Made by a program: the position numbers and the translations under genes
Source: Lingula anatina
Lineage: Eukaryota > Animalia > Brachiopoda
Reading direction: 5' to 3'
Assembly: GCA_051362555.1 (NCBI GenBank)
Contig: CM120641.1
Coordinates: 18,972,001 to 19,036,000, forward strand
Length of the DNA: 64,000 nt
The notes under the pieces: model-generated
What the model was told of the DNA's origin: nothing
What the model saw: only the letters and a program-made list of their open reading frames with translations
Database searches by the model: none
In this document: positions 12,901 through 26,741 of the stretch, piece after piece
Position numbering within the stretch: position 1 is the first letter of the stretch
How the letters are laid out: each line of letters begins with the position of its first letter

Positions 12901-15900
12901 TTTAGGGCATAAGAATACATTTCTGTATTACATTAAGTTGAAAATCATAGCTGTGACTGCCACGTTCAGCAACTAAATGTGGATATATTTATGACTCAGT
13001 ACATTTGACATGATTATATTACCTCTGCTATTGACTGCATACATTTTTGTGTATGCATGTTTGTGGCATTATCAATTATTTGAGTGCTCAGTGGTTATTG
13101 CTTTCTGCACACCTTTCAGCTCATAGTCTGAATATATAATTTCCATTTTTAGAAGTGAAGCAGAGAACAGGAGGGCCTTCAGTGAACTTTCACAGAGTCT
13201 GAGACAACAAATTGCAGAACCAGTGAGTGAACCGTTTTGGCCTGTTTCATTTATTTTAAATAGATATAAGGGTTTCATGTAAAATGAAGATAATCACTGT
13301 GACAAAGAGATTCTGAAACTCAGAGGGCTAACTGGGGGCATATGTATCATTGGCATTCTGCTGTTCTTTCAGGTGGGCAGAAATGTTGACAGAAAGCTGG
13401 ATGATCTCCGCAGTGAGTTGAGATCTGAGAGGAAATACCTGGACAGGAGGCAAGAGGAAGTGGGGCAGATATCCTCTGATCTTAAACAAGTGAGATTTGA
13501 TTAAAAATTGACAAAAAAAGAAAAAAGAAAAGACAAAACTGTTGGTATTTGACTGCTAATTGAAATAGAAAATGCAATATATTAGTAAATTTATTGACAT
13601 TTGATGAATTATTCCATTCATACATTAGAGTAGGTATATATGTTATGTTTTCGGTTTGTCTTCATAACAGGCACTGGAAGAACAAAGAATTCTGCAAAAA
13701 ATCCAACAACAGCAGCAGCAGCAGTCTAGAAGTCCACAAAGATTACGTTCCTCCACTTCAGAAGAATCTCATCTCAGGGGTCAGCTGGCCAGGTCAGAAT
13801 CACAAAAAACTCAGGTGAGACAGAGAAATTAATTTGAATAAGTCATGTGAATTATATTATTTGTAACCTAAATTTTGTTGCTTTGATATTATTATCTCTA
13901 TAAAACTCATTTTTTTTTAGCAAAAACCAATTATTTAAAACTAGCTAAAACTTTTTTTAACTTTACCAATATTTAGTTTTTCCTGTCATTGCTTAGAAGT
14001 AGACATTTATCAAAGTGGTAAAACGTAGGTAACGTGGTGATTAAGAAACTTCATATATGTAAGTCAGCATGATATGTTTATTTCCATAGATTGAATCTGA
14101 ACTCCAGGATGTCAGACGGCGTCTTGATCAGTCAGAAGGAGGACGGAATGCTCTTGTGCAACAGGTACCTTCAAGGGGGGCGTCTCGATAGTCCGAAGGT
14201 TCATTGGTCCGAAGGTTCATTGGTCCGAAAAGTGGTAGCATTTTTATCGATTTTTTAATCAAGGGTTCATTGGTCCGAAGGTTCTATAGTGAACATTCGG
14301 ACCAATGAACCTTCGGACTATTGAACCTTCGGACTATCGCTACGGCCCCCCTTCAAGTCTCTCTCTGTTCTCTGACTGTAAGGCCAAGTTAGCTCTGAAT
14401 GATTTAACTGAGGTCTACTTTCATCTGATTGAAAAATTTTGATGTGAATTTTAGCTGAAATGTTTTAGTTAAGAATAGCATACAGGAAGCTTGTTGTAAT
14501 AAGTGCACATACTGGAAGAGATCAATGACCTAATTTCTTTTGGTTTGCACTGTTAATTATATATACATATATCAAAACAAAACTGCACTTGTAGAAAAAA
14601 ACAGTGGGCATTTTTTTATGTACAGACACAGATGTGTCTGTACATATAGCCGTCACCTGCGTCTGTCGTCGCCGTTGCCGTGCACTTTTACCGTAAACAC
14701 GATAAGTGGAAAACTGTTTTACATTTTGGCTTGAAACTTACAGAACTGATGAATATTCATAATGTTCAGGTCAAGTTCGAAAATCAGCATGATCAGGTCA
14801 CTTTTAGGGAATTTATGCTGTTTTTTCACTTTTTTCAGCATATATACAACACCGTAAACATGATAAGTGGAAAACGGTTTTACCTTTTGGTTTGAAACTT
14901 ACAGAACTGATGAATATTTATAATACGCAGGTCGAGTTCGAAAATCAGCTTGATCGGGTCATTTTTATGGAAGTTATGCTAATTTTTCACTTTTTTCAGC
15001 ATATATGCAACCCTGATAACACGATAAATGAAAAACTGCTTTACTTTTTGGCTTGAAACTTATAGAACTGATGAATATTCATAATATGCAGGTCAAGTTT
15101 GAAAATCAGCATGATCGAGCCACTTTTATGGAAGTTATGCTGTTTTTTCATTTATTTCAGCATATATGCAACACTGATAACACAATATAAGAAAAACAAA
15201 TAGGCCAATTGTCATTAAACTCACAGGAGTGGTCAATCTTACTAAAACACAGGTTGAGTTTGAAAATCAGCATAATCGGGCCATTATTTTAGAAGTTATG
15301 CTTTTTTTCACATTTCCTCAGATTCAATTCTTAGGCATGTTAATAGTTATTGAACTAATAAGATACGTAAAAGTGTTTGTTTGACATTTCCTGCATCTTT
15401 ACAACATTGTCAGTTGATAATGTAAAAATGATGGTAAACTTAATATTGTGTATTGTGTAATGAAGTGTCAAAAATGGAAATAAACACATATCATTGCAGT
15501 TTGTCAGATTCAATCATCCACTATGTTCTGAATCTGAGAATGGAGGAAATTGGACATTTAACACTGTTCTATTGATATTTTTCCCATCTCATCAATTTTC
15601 TTAGTTGGTCATATAAAATGGCAGTAAACTGTTTATTTTGTTATATGTTTAAAAAAGTGTTAAAATGGAAATAAACCCATTTCAGAAAAGTGCTGTCTTG
15701 TTTACATTTTGGCATTTTCAAGATGTGACTTTGAAGTTCCATGGTCCTGAAGACCTTTGCTAGTCACATTTTCTGAATATCCATGATACTAATATTTTAT
15801 TATTAAAAATTGATGGTCATTATGCTGTTAAACATTATGTAATATTGCATCAAAATTTGAAGAAACCCCTATTTTGGGCACTGCTCCCATGATGACCATT

Positions 15901-18900
15901 TAAGGAAAATCATGTCACTTACTGTTCTCAAACTTACAGGAAAGAAACATGGGACTAAAATATAGCTTCAATAGGCAATGCAGTCTGTTTGGTAAATTTT
16001 TCTAACAATTAAACAGTTTTTTGTGAAAATTTAACTTTTCACTTATTGGCATTTTCAGGGTGTGACTTAGAACCTCCACAAGCTTGAAGACCCATGCTAG
16101 TCACATTTTCTGAATATCCATTATACATATATTTTATTATTAAAAATTGATGGTCATTATGCTGTTAACCATTATGTAATGTTGCATCAAAATAGAAGAA
16201 AACACAATTTTTGGTGCTGCTGCCATGATGACCATTATGGGAAAACCATGTTACTTATGACTGTCAAACTTTCAAAAAAGAAACACATGACTAAAATGCA
16301 GCCTGAGTTGGAAAAGCAGTCTAATTGGTTTCGTTTTCTGGAAGTTATACATTTTAGTGAAATATTCATTATTATCTTTTTGGCATATTCATTGTGGGAC
16401 TCGGAACTCCCATGGACATAAAGCCAAATGGTAATCAAATTTTGTACATGTCCTTGCTATTTATAGTCAATAATCAAAAATTGGTGATAATTATCCTATA
16501 ATTTATAATGTAATGTTACATCAAAATTGACAAAAATCTTTTTGCACTGCTACTGCAAATATTATGAAAAGAAAACTGCGTTACTTATTATTATTTTTAA
16601 CATACAAGTATGATTTTTAGGATTGGCATGCAGTTCAAATTAGAAAGCCAGGTCAATTGGTCAATTCTTTGATTATTGAATTTATGCAGTTTTGTGTGAA
16701 ATTTTCATTTTTCTCATTCTGGCACTTTCAAAGTATAAACTTGAACTCTGATGGGCGTGAAGCCTTATGCTTTTACTTTCGTCGGTGTTACCTGTTGTGC
16801 ATAATTAAAATTTGATGTTAACTGTGCAGTTAAACATAATGTATTATTGCATCAGAATTGGTAGTCTTCATTTTGTGCATTATTGTTTTATGCTTTTCTT
16901 AAGATATGATTTATGGGCCTGAAAGACCTTTGAGAGGGTCAGTCTGTAAATTTCCCTTGGGTATCACTTAGCTAATTTCAGAATTATAAAGTTATTTGCC
17001 TAATTAATAGGCCATTAAATGAGATTACATAAAGCACACTTGTTGATATTTCCCTGTAAACTCCCAAAGGTTAAGCTCTCTGCTAGATTTATAATAAGGA
17101 AGCAGTGATAATTATGCAGGTAAATTTTGTTTAATATTGCAAATATATATAAACTCGAAGATTAAAAGTTTGAATAGCAGCTTCATTGGAGTTATATTTA
17201 CCTCTGCCAAGGAGGTTATGTTTTCACCCCTGCTTGTCTGTCATCAACATAACTCAAAAAGTTACCGACCGATTTTGATGAAATTTTCAGGAACTGTCGG
17301 AAGTGGGCAAGGAGGACAATGATTAGTTTTTGGTGGTGGTCCGGATCAATAATCAATTAATAAGCAATAATAATCAACAATTGCTGTCTTGGCAGAGGTC
17401 TGCGCTCTCAGAGTGCTTTTCTAGTTTTGTTATGTTTTCCTTTTTAATTTTCAAACACTGGCATTTGTGACTTTTAACTCTCATCCGCCTGAGGCTCTGC
17501 ACATTTTCTGTATTTCCACATAAGCAGTTGTATTGTTTTTTATGTCTTTAAACATTATGTAATATTATTTTATGCACTGTCATCATTTTTCAAAAATTGA
17601 GACTTTCATCATGTGAATTTGAACTCTCATGGTCCTGAAACTGTAATCTTATTGAAGGGGTGGATTGAGACCATCTTCTGGGTCTTCCGGAAGACGGTCA
17701 GGTTATTAAGGTTATATTGACTGGTATCTATTTTTTTTCTGTTGGAAGACCTGGGGAATGGATCAACATAGATACTTTGGAATACTGTCAGAAAATATCT
17801 CTGGGTTCACTCCTGTTATTGACCATGGTACCTGTTGTGCATGATTAAAATTCAGTGTTGACTGACAGTGCTATTATAAGCATTATTTATTATTGCATCA
17901 AAATTGACAAAATGGCCTATTTTGCATCTTTATTTTCTGTTTTTTGTCTGTACATTTGACAGCTTTGCTGCCTTGTTTTTTTTTTTTTTTTTTTTTTTTG
18001 TAGCATTTACATACACTCATCATTCAAACTTCATTTCATTTTGCTTACCAACAGTACGTGCTCACATTTTTACGTTGAATTTATGTATTGCTGTACCAGG
18101 TAGATGAATTACGCACACAACTGGCAAGAGCAGATGAAGAGCGTTCTTTCCATAAGTCTCAGCTTGAACTGCAGCAGAGAGAATCTGAGGAGAGAGATAG
18201 AAGAAAAAGAAAAACATGTGAGTAGCAAAATGGTGTATGTGAGGGAGAGAGGGGAGGTGGCCAAAGCTTTTGTATTTGAACATATTAAAGGCAATTTGAG
18301 TTATCAGTCCAAGTTTTTGATGAAATATAAACAAATGATTTAAGGCTCACTTTAGATTGCATTAATGCTTTGAATTTTTTGAACTGAAGCTTATGTTTTC
18401 TCTATCATATACAGTTCTTGGAATATTGATTACACCTAATCTGTATTCTCTTCTAGTGGAAGAAGAAAGAGAAAGGGAGAGAAGAGAACTAGAGAGAGAG
18501 ATCCAGGACTTGAGAGGGCAGTTAAGTAGATCCACTGGAGCAGATGAAATTGATGAGCTCCGGAGAACTCTTGGCAAAAGTGAGAGACAAAGGCAGCAGT
18601 TAACAGATCATTTAGAGGTATGAAAGCAATCTGTTTATTGTACTCTAAAGGGAATTCAGTTTTTATTACCTCTATTTTGTCCAATAGGAACAGAAATGTG
18701 TTAATCTTATTTTAAACTTTTGACATTTTCAGGTGCTTACCAAAGATTTAAAGAGTAAAGATAAAAAATACAGGGATATTTTCAACTTTAAACATTTTTC
18801 AGGTGCTTACCAAAGATTTGGAGAGTAAAGACAAAAATACAGCCAAGCTTGTCAACCAGCTCAGGGAGGCCTCTGAGAAAAATGACTCTCTAGAAAAACA

Positions 18901-19663
18901 AAAACATCAGACTTTGATTCAGTTAGAGGAGTCATTAAAAAAACTGAGAGATGTGACACAAGATGCTGAACAGTATCAATCTGACCTGTGGAAATCAGAG
19001 CAGAAACTGACTGAAAGTGAGAGAAAAAAGGAGGAACTCAAATCTAGGGCACAGGAGAATATCAAATTGTGAGTTTTGTTGGTTATCACACAAGGTTTCT
19101 GTAAGCAAAAGTTAAAGAGTCACTATCTGACACGGTGATTGCAGTAATGACCCCCATATTTTTTGGTTTGTGGCAAGTTGACCTCAAATTCAAGTGGAAA
19201 TTTCAAGTTCACACTACATGCAGCAAACACAACTAATAGACATTAATTTAATTTTTGTTTTCCAGTCCCAATTGCTCACAATCTAAGAATTTTGTTTTGA
19301 TTTTGTGTTGTCCATCAAGTTCTTCAACTTTGCATCTAAACATTTAAGTCAGTTGTATTGTTAATTTTTTTAAAACACATTATAATTATCATCCTTATTA
19401 AGTTTTAAAGATTTCTGAACAGTATGGCTGAGTCTCGGATGTTATGTAGAATATTTGAGATGAAAAGCATGAAAGTGAAATGTCCCTGGTCAATGCCATA
19501 ATATTGACCAGGAAATGACGATGATAAATACAGATGTTGGTTGAAAAAGGTGAATCATTAGAGACCTTATATTTTTTACCTATGAGGCATGTTGTCTAGA
19601 TCCTTCATCAAAGGATCCCAATCTCAAGGCTGACTCAATACAAATAATAATAATAATAATTAT

Positions 19664-19701
<38 letters not shown>

Positions 19702-22700
19702 TAATAATAATAATACAAAAGTTGTTGTGTTCCAGGTGGAAAGCCAAGTGTAAACGCCTTGAGAAGGAGGTAGAGCAGCAGAAAAGCAGCGCAGAACAGA
19801 TGTCAGAGAGAAATGAGAGGCTGACCAAGGAACTGGAGGGCACCAGATCTCAGGCTAATACAGGGAGCAACCAGGTACAGAACCTCAGGAGGGAGATGGC
19901 GGACATTTTGGTAAGTAATTGGAAGTATCTATAATATCATTGTTATCATGTAGATTTTTTTATTAGCTAGAATCTTTTTTAAGACTAGGAATTATAAAAT
20001 GAAATATTATTGTTAATAAGAAGATATCTATATTAATGAAAAGATGTCTTCTCATCCCTAAACAGAACTAAGTTATTAAGTCAACCTACAAGATTCATAG
20101 AAGTTAGAATTTTTCTTACTGAGACAAAAGTAAACTTTTTTTTTCATAACAAATATTTTGTTTTGTTTTGTAGGAAATCAGAGCTCAGCAGGATGAAAAA
20201 TTAAGACTGCGAGACCTAGAGGCAAGTAAAGCAAGGAAACTTTGCAGGCATATATAAACATTTGACCAAATGAATTTCTAAGAATCACAATTTGGACAAA
20301 AAACAGATTGTTGCATCCCTGTTTGATTATTTTATGTTATTTTAGTTACTTTTTAAATCTCTGGATAAATAGATGTACATGTGGCTATTCAAATATAAGA
20401 GATTAAAAGTTTTGGATTAGAAATACAGTAGATGTCACACACTTGGACACTTTGAGACCTGAATATTTATATGAATTACTCAAAAATTCAGTCTAAATGA
20501 TGTTCATGTTAATTTTAGCTAATAGCAGAGAAAATTTGTTGTACAAGATTTCTTTGAGAAAAAAAATGTTAATTCAAGTTATAAGTCAGTGAGTTGTCAG
20601 AGTCTGTGGTATTTTGTATTTTTCACATGGCTGTGGATACAGCTTAGATTGATGATACATTGTGCTTAGCTTAGTTTCTGGTGTTAACTGTAGGTGGAGC
20701 AGCTGAAAGGTCAGAATCAAGAGCTGGCTCAGGAGCTAAGAGAAGCAAGGCATGTGATAGATAGGGTAAGTTTGACTGTTATTAATAGTTACAATAATAG
20801 TTTCTTCAAACAACTAATTTCTTTGATTTTTTTCTCAGTTTTAGGCTGCTATAATACAAAATGTCTTTTAAAAATATTACGAGACCTGCATTCACCTGAA
20901 ATTGAAGTCACTTATTTCCCTCCTAAATAACATTTCTGAAAATTTCATCAAAATTTGTGGAGAGCTTTTGGAGATATTTTGTCTGCCAACAAAAGTACCA
21001 ATGCTGATGTATACAAAACCTTCTTCATTTGTCCAGATTAAAAAAAGACATTTTGTCTGCTCTGTTATTGTTTCAGTTTGAAGGTGAGCTTCAGTCTCTT
21101 CAGTCCAGGCACAGTAAGGTCAGTGAAGACAATGCCAGGCTTGACCAACAACTGTCCTCATCACAAGCGGCACATATGGTGGCACAGGATAGAATTCAGG
21201 AATTACAGGTACATCAGATAAAGGGTACTGTGTAATCTCATACTGTAAGATAAGTAGTCTCCAACTCTGAGCTACGGCCCATTTCAAAAAAGAGCTTTAT
21301 TCCCCCCAAAAATTCTATTTCTGTTCAAGATGAATTCTTAGTAGGCCACTTTAAAAAATAAAGTATGTATTGGTCTGAACCATAACCATAAGTTTTAATA
21401 CAACCGTCTAAGATGTCTACCTGAATTTACAGCAAGAAGTTAAGGATATTGACAGGCAGCGTATAGAGTTGGGCACTCAGCTGGCAGAGGAATCCACACA
21501 GAGGCAGATGCTGGAGGAAAGACTTGCTGAGTTCCGGCACAGTGAAGCACTAGCCAGGCAAGAGATAGACTCCTTGTCCAGGCAGATTAGAGAGGTGAGA
21601 ATTGATAAAATGTTCAACAGAAATATAGTTGAAAGAAAATTATATCCCACACTATTTAATTGATAAGAGTCAACAAAAATGTACATAACCTGTACCAACA
21701 AAGCTTTTGCTCTTCAAGGATGACCTTGTTTATTCAACTAGTGCTTGCTATGTGTTACCATTTGTTAAGTGATGCAGGAGTAGAGATTCGGTTTTTCTTT
21801 TCATTAAAATATTTATACAACCCATGTTGATTGTTCCAGGAAAAAGAAAGTCACATCCATCTTGTGGAACAGCTTAAAGGTGAACTAGAAGACTGCAAGA
21901 GCAGGGAAATGAAAACCACACAGGATCTAAACAGGAAGATAAAACGTGATCAAACTGAGCATGAGGCAGAAATACAGGGGCTTAAGGTAAGGCTGGTATA
22001 GCATGGATGCTGTGAAGTATGGATGATAAAAAATGGAATTATGGTAATAATGAGTCATTTTTAAAGACTTATTCATTCAAATATTTTTATGTTTTCAAGA
22101 TTTATCATTTTAGCTACTCACTAAGCTGTACTGTCTGACATGAAGTCTTTCATTCTGGATTAACATTTTAATTTGTATGCACTACTAACAAAACGTATTG
22201 GAAACTGTTATTATTCCATTATGTTTAATGTAGTAAGTTATTACCTTATTGTTATTTTTCTGCCCTTACATTTTTGTTTGCCACAGAATATAGTTTATGG
22301 ATACATAATGGATTAAATAATGGATTGAATATCGAATATTATATGTAAACATATATGTAAACATAAAAATAAATCTGAAAGTTTGCACAGTTTAAAAGTA
22401 GCACTACCAACAACAGTTAAGAGAAAGATTTAACAATACTTTTAGATTTCTATTTCTGAAGAAAAGTCCCAGGTGAAGCTAGCTAAACGACAAGAAGAAA
22501 AATTTAAGGCAGAGTTGGAGAGACTGCATGAGGAACTAGTGAGGTAAGAATGAAGTGGCTGTGACTTAGAGACCAGCTACTATATTTTTTATATATTGTT
22601 ATGATATTGTGTTTACTTATTCTTTTGTATTTTCTCCCAAATAATAAAGTATTTTGATATGACCAGGATATGTATAGCCTCTTTTCATGCAATGTTTAAA

Positions 22701-25700
22701 TAGTTGGAATACACTTTCAAAACCTGAAATATTTTAAGAGAGAAACAGGCTTGTGCTGTCCATGTTTGAAGTAAAATTCTAGTTTGTGGATTAAGATCAT
22801 CCTATCTTGTGCTTTTACATCTGTGTTCAGATTATATTTTTTCCAGACATACCGTGTTTCATGCTTGTAGAGTTAAGGTTTATAGATTGTAATTTTCTTC
22901 ACAGTTTTGGATGTGCACTCTTGTTTTCAGACTTGAAGAGGAGAATGCCAAGGTGAAGCGCCAGTACCAGAGAGCTAAACAGGAATATGAATCAAAAGCT
23001 CAGACAGCAGATGAGGAGAGTATAAGGTGCAGATACACTACAAAACATGTCACCTTTGTAGTAGTCAACATTATAAGATGTATTTTTAATGTATATTAGT
23101 ATTATAGTACTTGTTTTGCAGTCTGAAGGAATTGTGGATGTCCTGAATGAAGAATTAAGGTACATGGGTAATGGGGAGGTCTGTAATAGTGATGTCTGAC
23201 ATGGTGAGGTCTAGAACGATCAGTTCTGTCCTGGTGAGGTCTGTTGTGGAGGGAAATTAAACTGTTTATCATAATTGACTGTGTTAATTGCAGAGTGCGG
23301 CGACTAGAAGAAGAGTTAGTTCAGGTTAAGGATATCAGCAGGAAGCTTGAGAGAGAGCTAGAGGTTAGAGTTTGTGGAAGCAATATTTGTGTTTCTTTCA
23401 ATGTTTTATGTATTTTATGTTTCAAGTTTTCAGTTGTAGTGAGTAGTTGATTTTTTGGCATGAAGTACTCTACACAGATAATTTTTAATGCTTTATTAAC
23501 CAATGTTGACTTAATTCATCTCATCATCCTTCCTTGTCAAGTTGTATTAGGATAGGTGGTAAATTTCAGAATCTGCAACTAGTTCTATTTCTTAATGCAT
23601 ATAATATATGTGAATGGTTTTCAGGACCTCCTGCATACTATGAGCACAGAGCTGGACTCCCTGGTGGATGTGGCCTCCCAGGACTGTGTAGAGAAATACA
23701 GGGTGAGTGGAAAATCTGTGTCCTGTGTTTAACTTATTAACAATACATTTTTAAAAGTTAAAGACTGTTTTTAAGTTTACTGTAAATCTTTGTTTGATTT
23801 TTTTTGCTGGGTATTGCTATTAAAAAAAGTTATACAAGGTAATGGTGGTGACATTGAGTCAGATTTTTTAAAATCTGAATATTACTGTGATTCACCTCTT
23901 GCTACCAGGCACTTTCTCCAGTGAAGCAGTCAACAGGTGGCACCAGTGTACACAAGTGGCTGGCAGAGTGGAAGGTATGGAAATGTATATATTTTTAATA
24001 TAAATAATTTAAATTTGTTTTATACTTATATATCAATATTTCCTCCAAATAATATTTTATGTGTATTTAAAAATTGCTAATAGTTCAGTCGTCCAAATTC
24101 CTTTGATCTAGTAGTTTGCAATCAAATCATATTGTTAGTGTGTTTGTATGGGAATGGTTTTCTTCAATATTAAATGGATATCCAAATATCATAATGCCTG
24201 TTCCTGGGCTCTCCACAGAGTAAGATCCAATGGCTGCGTGCAGAGATTCGTGATCGCATGGATCGAGAGCGCAAGCTGCGTAGAGAGGTGAAGGAGTCCC
24301 TGGAGACCAGCGAGGCAGACAGACGTTTTTTCACATCTGAGATCAGGAAACAGAGAGATGTGATTGACAGGCTGGACTCTAAAAACCAAAGTAGGTGGTA
24401 AAGACAGGTTACTTCCTGTCAGATAGTGATGGCTGCATCTATATCCTTATCAATTTAATTGACTAAATTCACAATCGATCCTTTTTCAAATCATATTATA
24501 TCCTTACTAGTTTGGCTGTATTTTGACAGACTGGTCCTTTTGAATTAACTAATTGTACAACACCATTCTTTTTTATCGTGATATTTTTCTAGCTCCAGTC
24601 ATGCCTGTTCTTTTTAAAGAGCATGCTAGGGATTTTAACAAATGCTAATTAAAAACTAATAATGAGAGGATCATAAATTTATTGAAAATATAAAAAAATT
24701 AACTTAAGGATGACAAACATAAGCCAAAACTGAATAAAGCTTGCAAATTATCATTTATTATTATTTTAGATATTGCCAAGAAAGAGAGAGAAAAGGCAGA
24801 GATAGTGTCAGAGCTGGAGGAGAAAGTGCTGGACCTCACTGACCACTTGGATGACCAGAGGGAAAAGGAACTCCAGACCAGATTGGAAATGGAAACACTG
24901 CTGGATCAGATGCAAGGAATGAAGGTATGGCAGGATTTTTACCTAGCAAAAAGTCAGTAAATGACTGGTTGTATTGTTCAGGATTTTAACAAAAGCACTT
25001 ACTACCGATTTATCATTTGCCATACCAAACACATAGGCAAATGGCAAAATTAAAGCATGCTTAGTAAAAAGAGGATACATAGGGTTAAAATTTAACACCT
25101 TAAAACAATAGATGTTGATTATTGTGTAATTTTATTGCTTAAGGGCAGCTGTAATTTCAAATCCTCTGTCATGAATACCAAGAAAGCAATGGAATTTGCC
25201 TTTCAAAGTTAAGAAGCTTTCCTGAAGCCATTGTTAACAGTTGCCGTGATATGACTTGTCATGTTCATTAAATTTGGTGTACATTTGAAATGATTATTCA
25301 CATTTAAAAAAAAACACTAAAAACATGGCTTCTTCATGTCAGTATTATCATGTTCATATCATAGGCACATACATAGTGGTCAAAGTTTTCTTTATAACTT
25401 GATTGTAAGCTACAAAAATTGTGATTGAATATAATACATATGGAAATTATAATTTTGAAAAAGTACACAACAGATATAACAATACATGTTGTATATTTAC
25501 AGGAGTCGGACAGAGAGAGGGAAAGGATACATGAACGATATGCCAGGTGTTGTAGATCATACCATCTTGATGCTCAAAAGTTGTTGTTAGATTGGTACTA
25601 ATCTTGCAAAAAAAAAAAAAATTGCATCAGGGGCTAGTTGTTAAATAGCAAATGTTATTGTTACTACAACCCGCATTTCAAATACCTTTTAATATAACAA

Positions 25701-26741
25701 CTGTGTAATAATAGTGTTTTAAATCTATGTTCTGATAAAAATAAGTTCAGCAAATATCAGATTGAAAAAAATAGATATTAATCAGGTTGTCTTGTTTATT
25801 TTATAACAATTTCGTTTATAAACACGACTTGAAAAGAAACCTTGTAATTTGGTATATTTTGAACATATGTAGATATCAGAGGTTGATGTTGAAATGACCG
25901 ACAACCCCTACAAGGGACTGGCATGATGCTTTTTACTGTTTATCATTTATGATTTATGTTTCAATATTATAATTATTTTTAGTGTTCTTGTTTCAGACTC
26001 CAAGGCACTCTTACCTCATTGAGAAGTGAACTTGATGAAAAGCCAAGCAGCTTCCATACTAAAGTAAATGAGTGTGTATGTTTGTGAGAGAGATAAAATT
26101 TTGAAGGTCTTTGTTGACAAGCGGGTATTAGGTGAATTATCAATTCTGCTTTTTACATAATCCATTTTTCAATTTACAATTTAATTTCATTTGGCTAACA
26201 TCATACTCTCTTTTGATCCTAGGAGAAGGCAGCAGCAGCTGGCACTTCTAAACCAAGGGGCAGTCCAAGACACACTGCCAAGAAAAGAGTTAGAATAGAA
26301 ACCCCTCCAACTCGTGACATGGGTATAAGCTCACAGCAGTACCGAAGAGACACTAGAGAACTCCACGTTGATGAAAGAGGAGACGGAGAATGGTCTTCCA
26401 CAAGGCAGGATGTGAGAAAATCCTTGCCACAGCACAGCAGAAGTAGGCGTGCTTTCTCTCCAACAAGGGACTCTCGGGCTCAGGACCGCACACAAATTGG
26501 GACGTCTCACCAAAGAGATCGTTCCCCACTTCCAGACACACCTCTCAAACAAACTGACCTCATTTCCACTGACCTTGGTATTAGAAATGAGTCAAGGTCG
26601 ATGACTGGTCAAGAGGAAAGCACAAATGCCCCAAGGTCCAAGTCCCCTCCGCCTCTTGCCTTATCTGATGAGGACTTCCTGAAGAAATTTGTGCCAAAAT
26701 CTCCAAAATTGACTGACAACGATTTTGAAGATTATTTATGA
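9999..26741 (+). CDS. CEP128: Centrosomal protein of 128 kDa, ~1210 aa coiled-coil, 28 coding exons
   Basis: Phase-consistent exons: 9999-10148, 11481-11567, 11906-12020, 12300-12340, 12551-12738, 13153-13222, 13373-13489, 13671-13814, 14090-14164, 18100-18217, 18457-18617, 18803-19068, 19736-19910, 20174-20221 (GC donor), 20694-20765, 21077-21208, 21433-21594, 21840-21986, 22446-22543, 22931-23026, 23294-23363, 23625-23702, 23909-23974, 24219-24390, 24770-24924, 25503-25546, 25997-26063, 26223-26741. Motifs match CEP128 as I recall it: LTSTLQDTTRNLKAVDRML, PTTPLRDY, TVRF..LHELHQSLRDITSDQARLGEDMNREILRR, LDQSEGGRNALVQQVDELRTQL, KAQENIKLWK-like. Confidence 0.9.
14176..14349. mobile_element. MITE family A, copy 2 (CEP128 intron 9, 11 nt after the donor)
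   Basis: TIRs GGGGGCGTCTCGATAGTCCGAAGGTTCA / TGAACCTTCGGACTATCGCTACGGCCCC. 8-bp TSD CCTTCAAG at 14168-14175 and 14350-14357. Internal 16-bp repeats GTCCGAAGGTTCATTG. Confidence 0.9.
14611..17977 (+). mobile_element. Helentron/HINE-like element with internal ~161-bp tandem repeats
   Basis: 5' T-run, subterminal ATGTACAGAC within a hairpin, and a GTC/GCC microsatellite. Units 'gtaaacacgataagtggaaaac...' at ~14693, 14854, 15015 and 15175, with further diverged repeats to ~17660. The 3' end has the inverted subTIR GTCTGTACAT (17946-17955), a short hairpin CAGCTTTGCTG, CTTGTT and a T-run. Confidence 0.7.
17197..17426 (+). mobile_element. Short HINE/DINE-like element nested in the larger element
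   Basis: subTIRs ACCTCTGCCAA (17200) / TTGGCAGAGGT (17389), 3' hairpin GCGCTCTCAGAGTGC, terminal CTAGTT, inserted in TT. Confidence 0.75.
19643..19713. repeat. (AAT)n microsatellite
   Basis: Imperfect AAT array immediately upstream of the CEP128 exon-13 acceptor. Confidence 0.95.
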
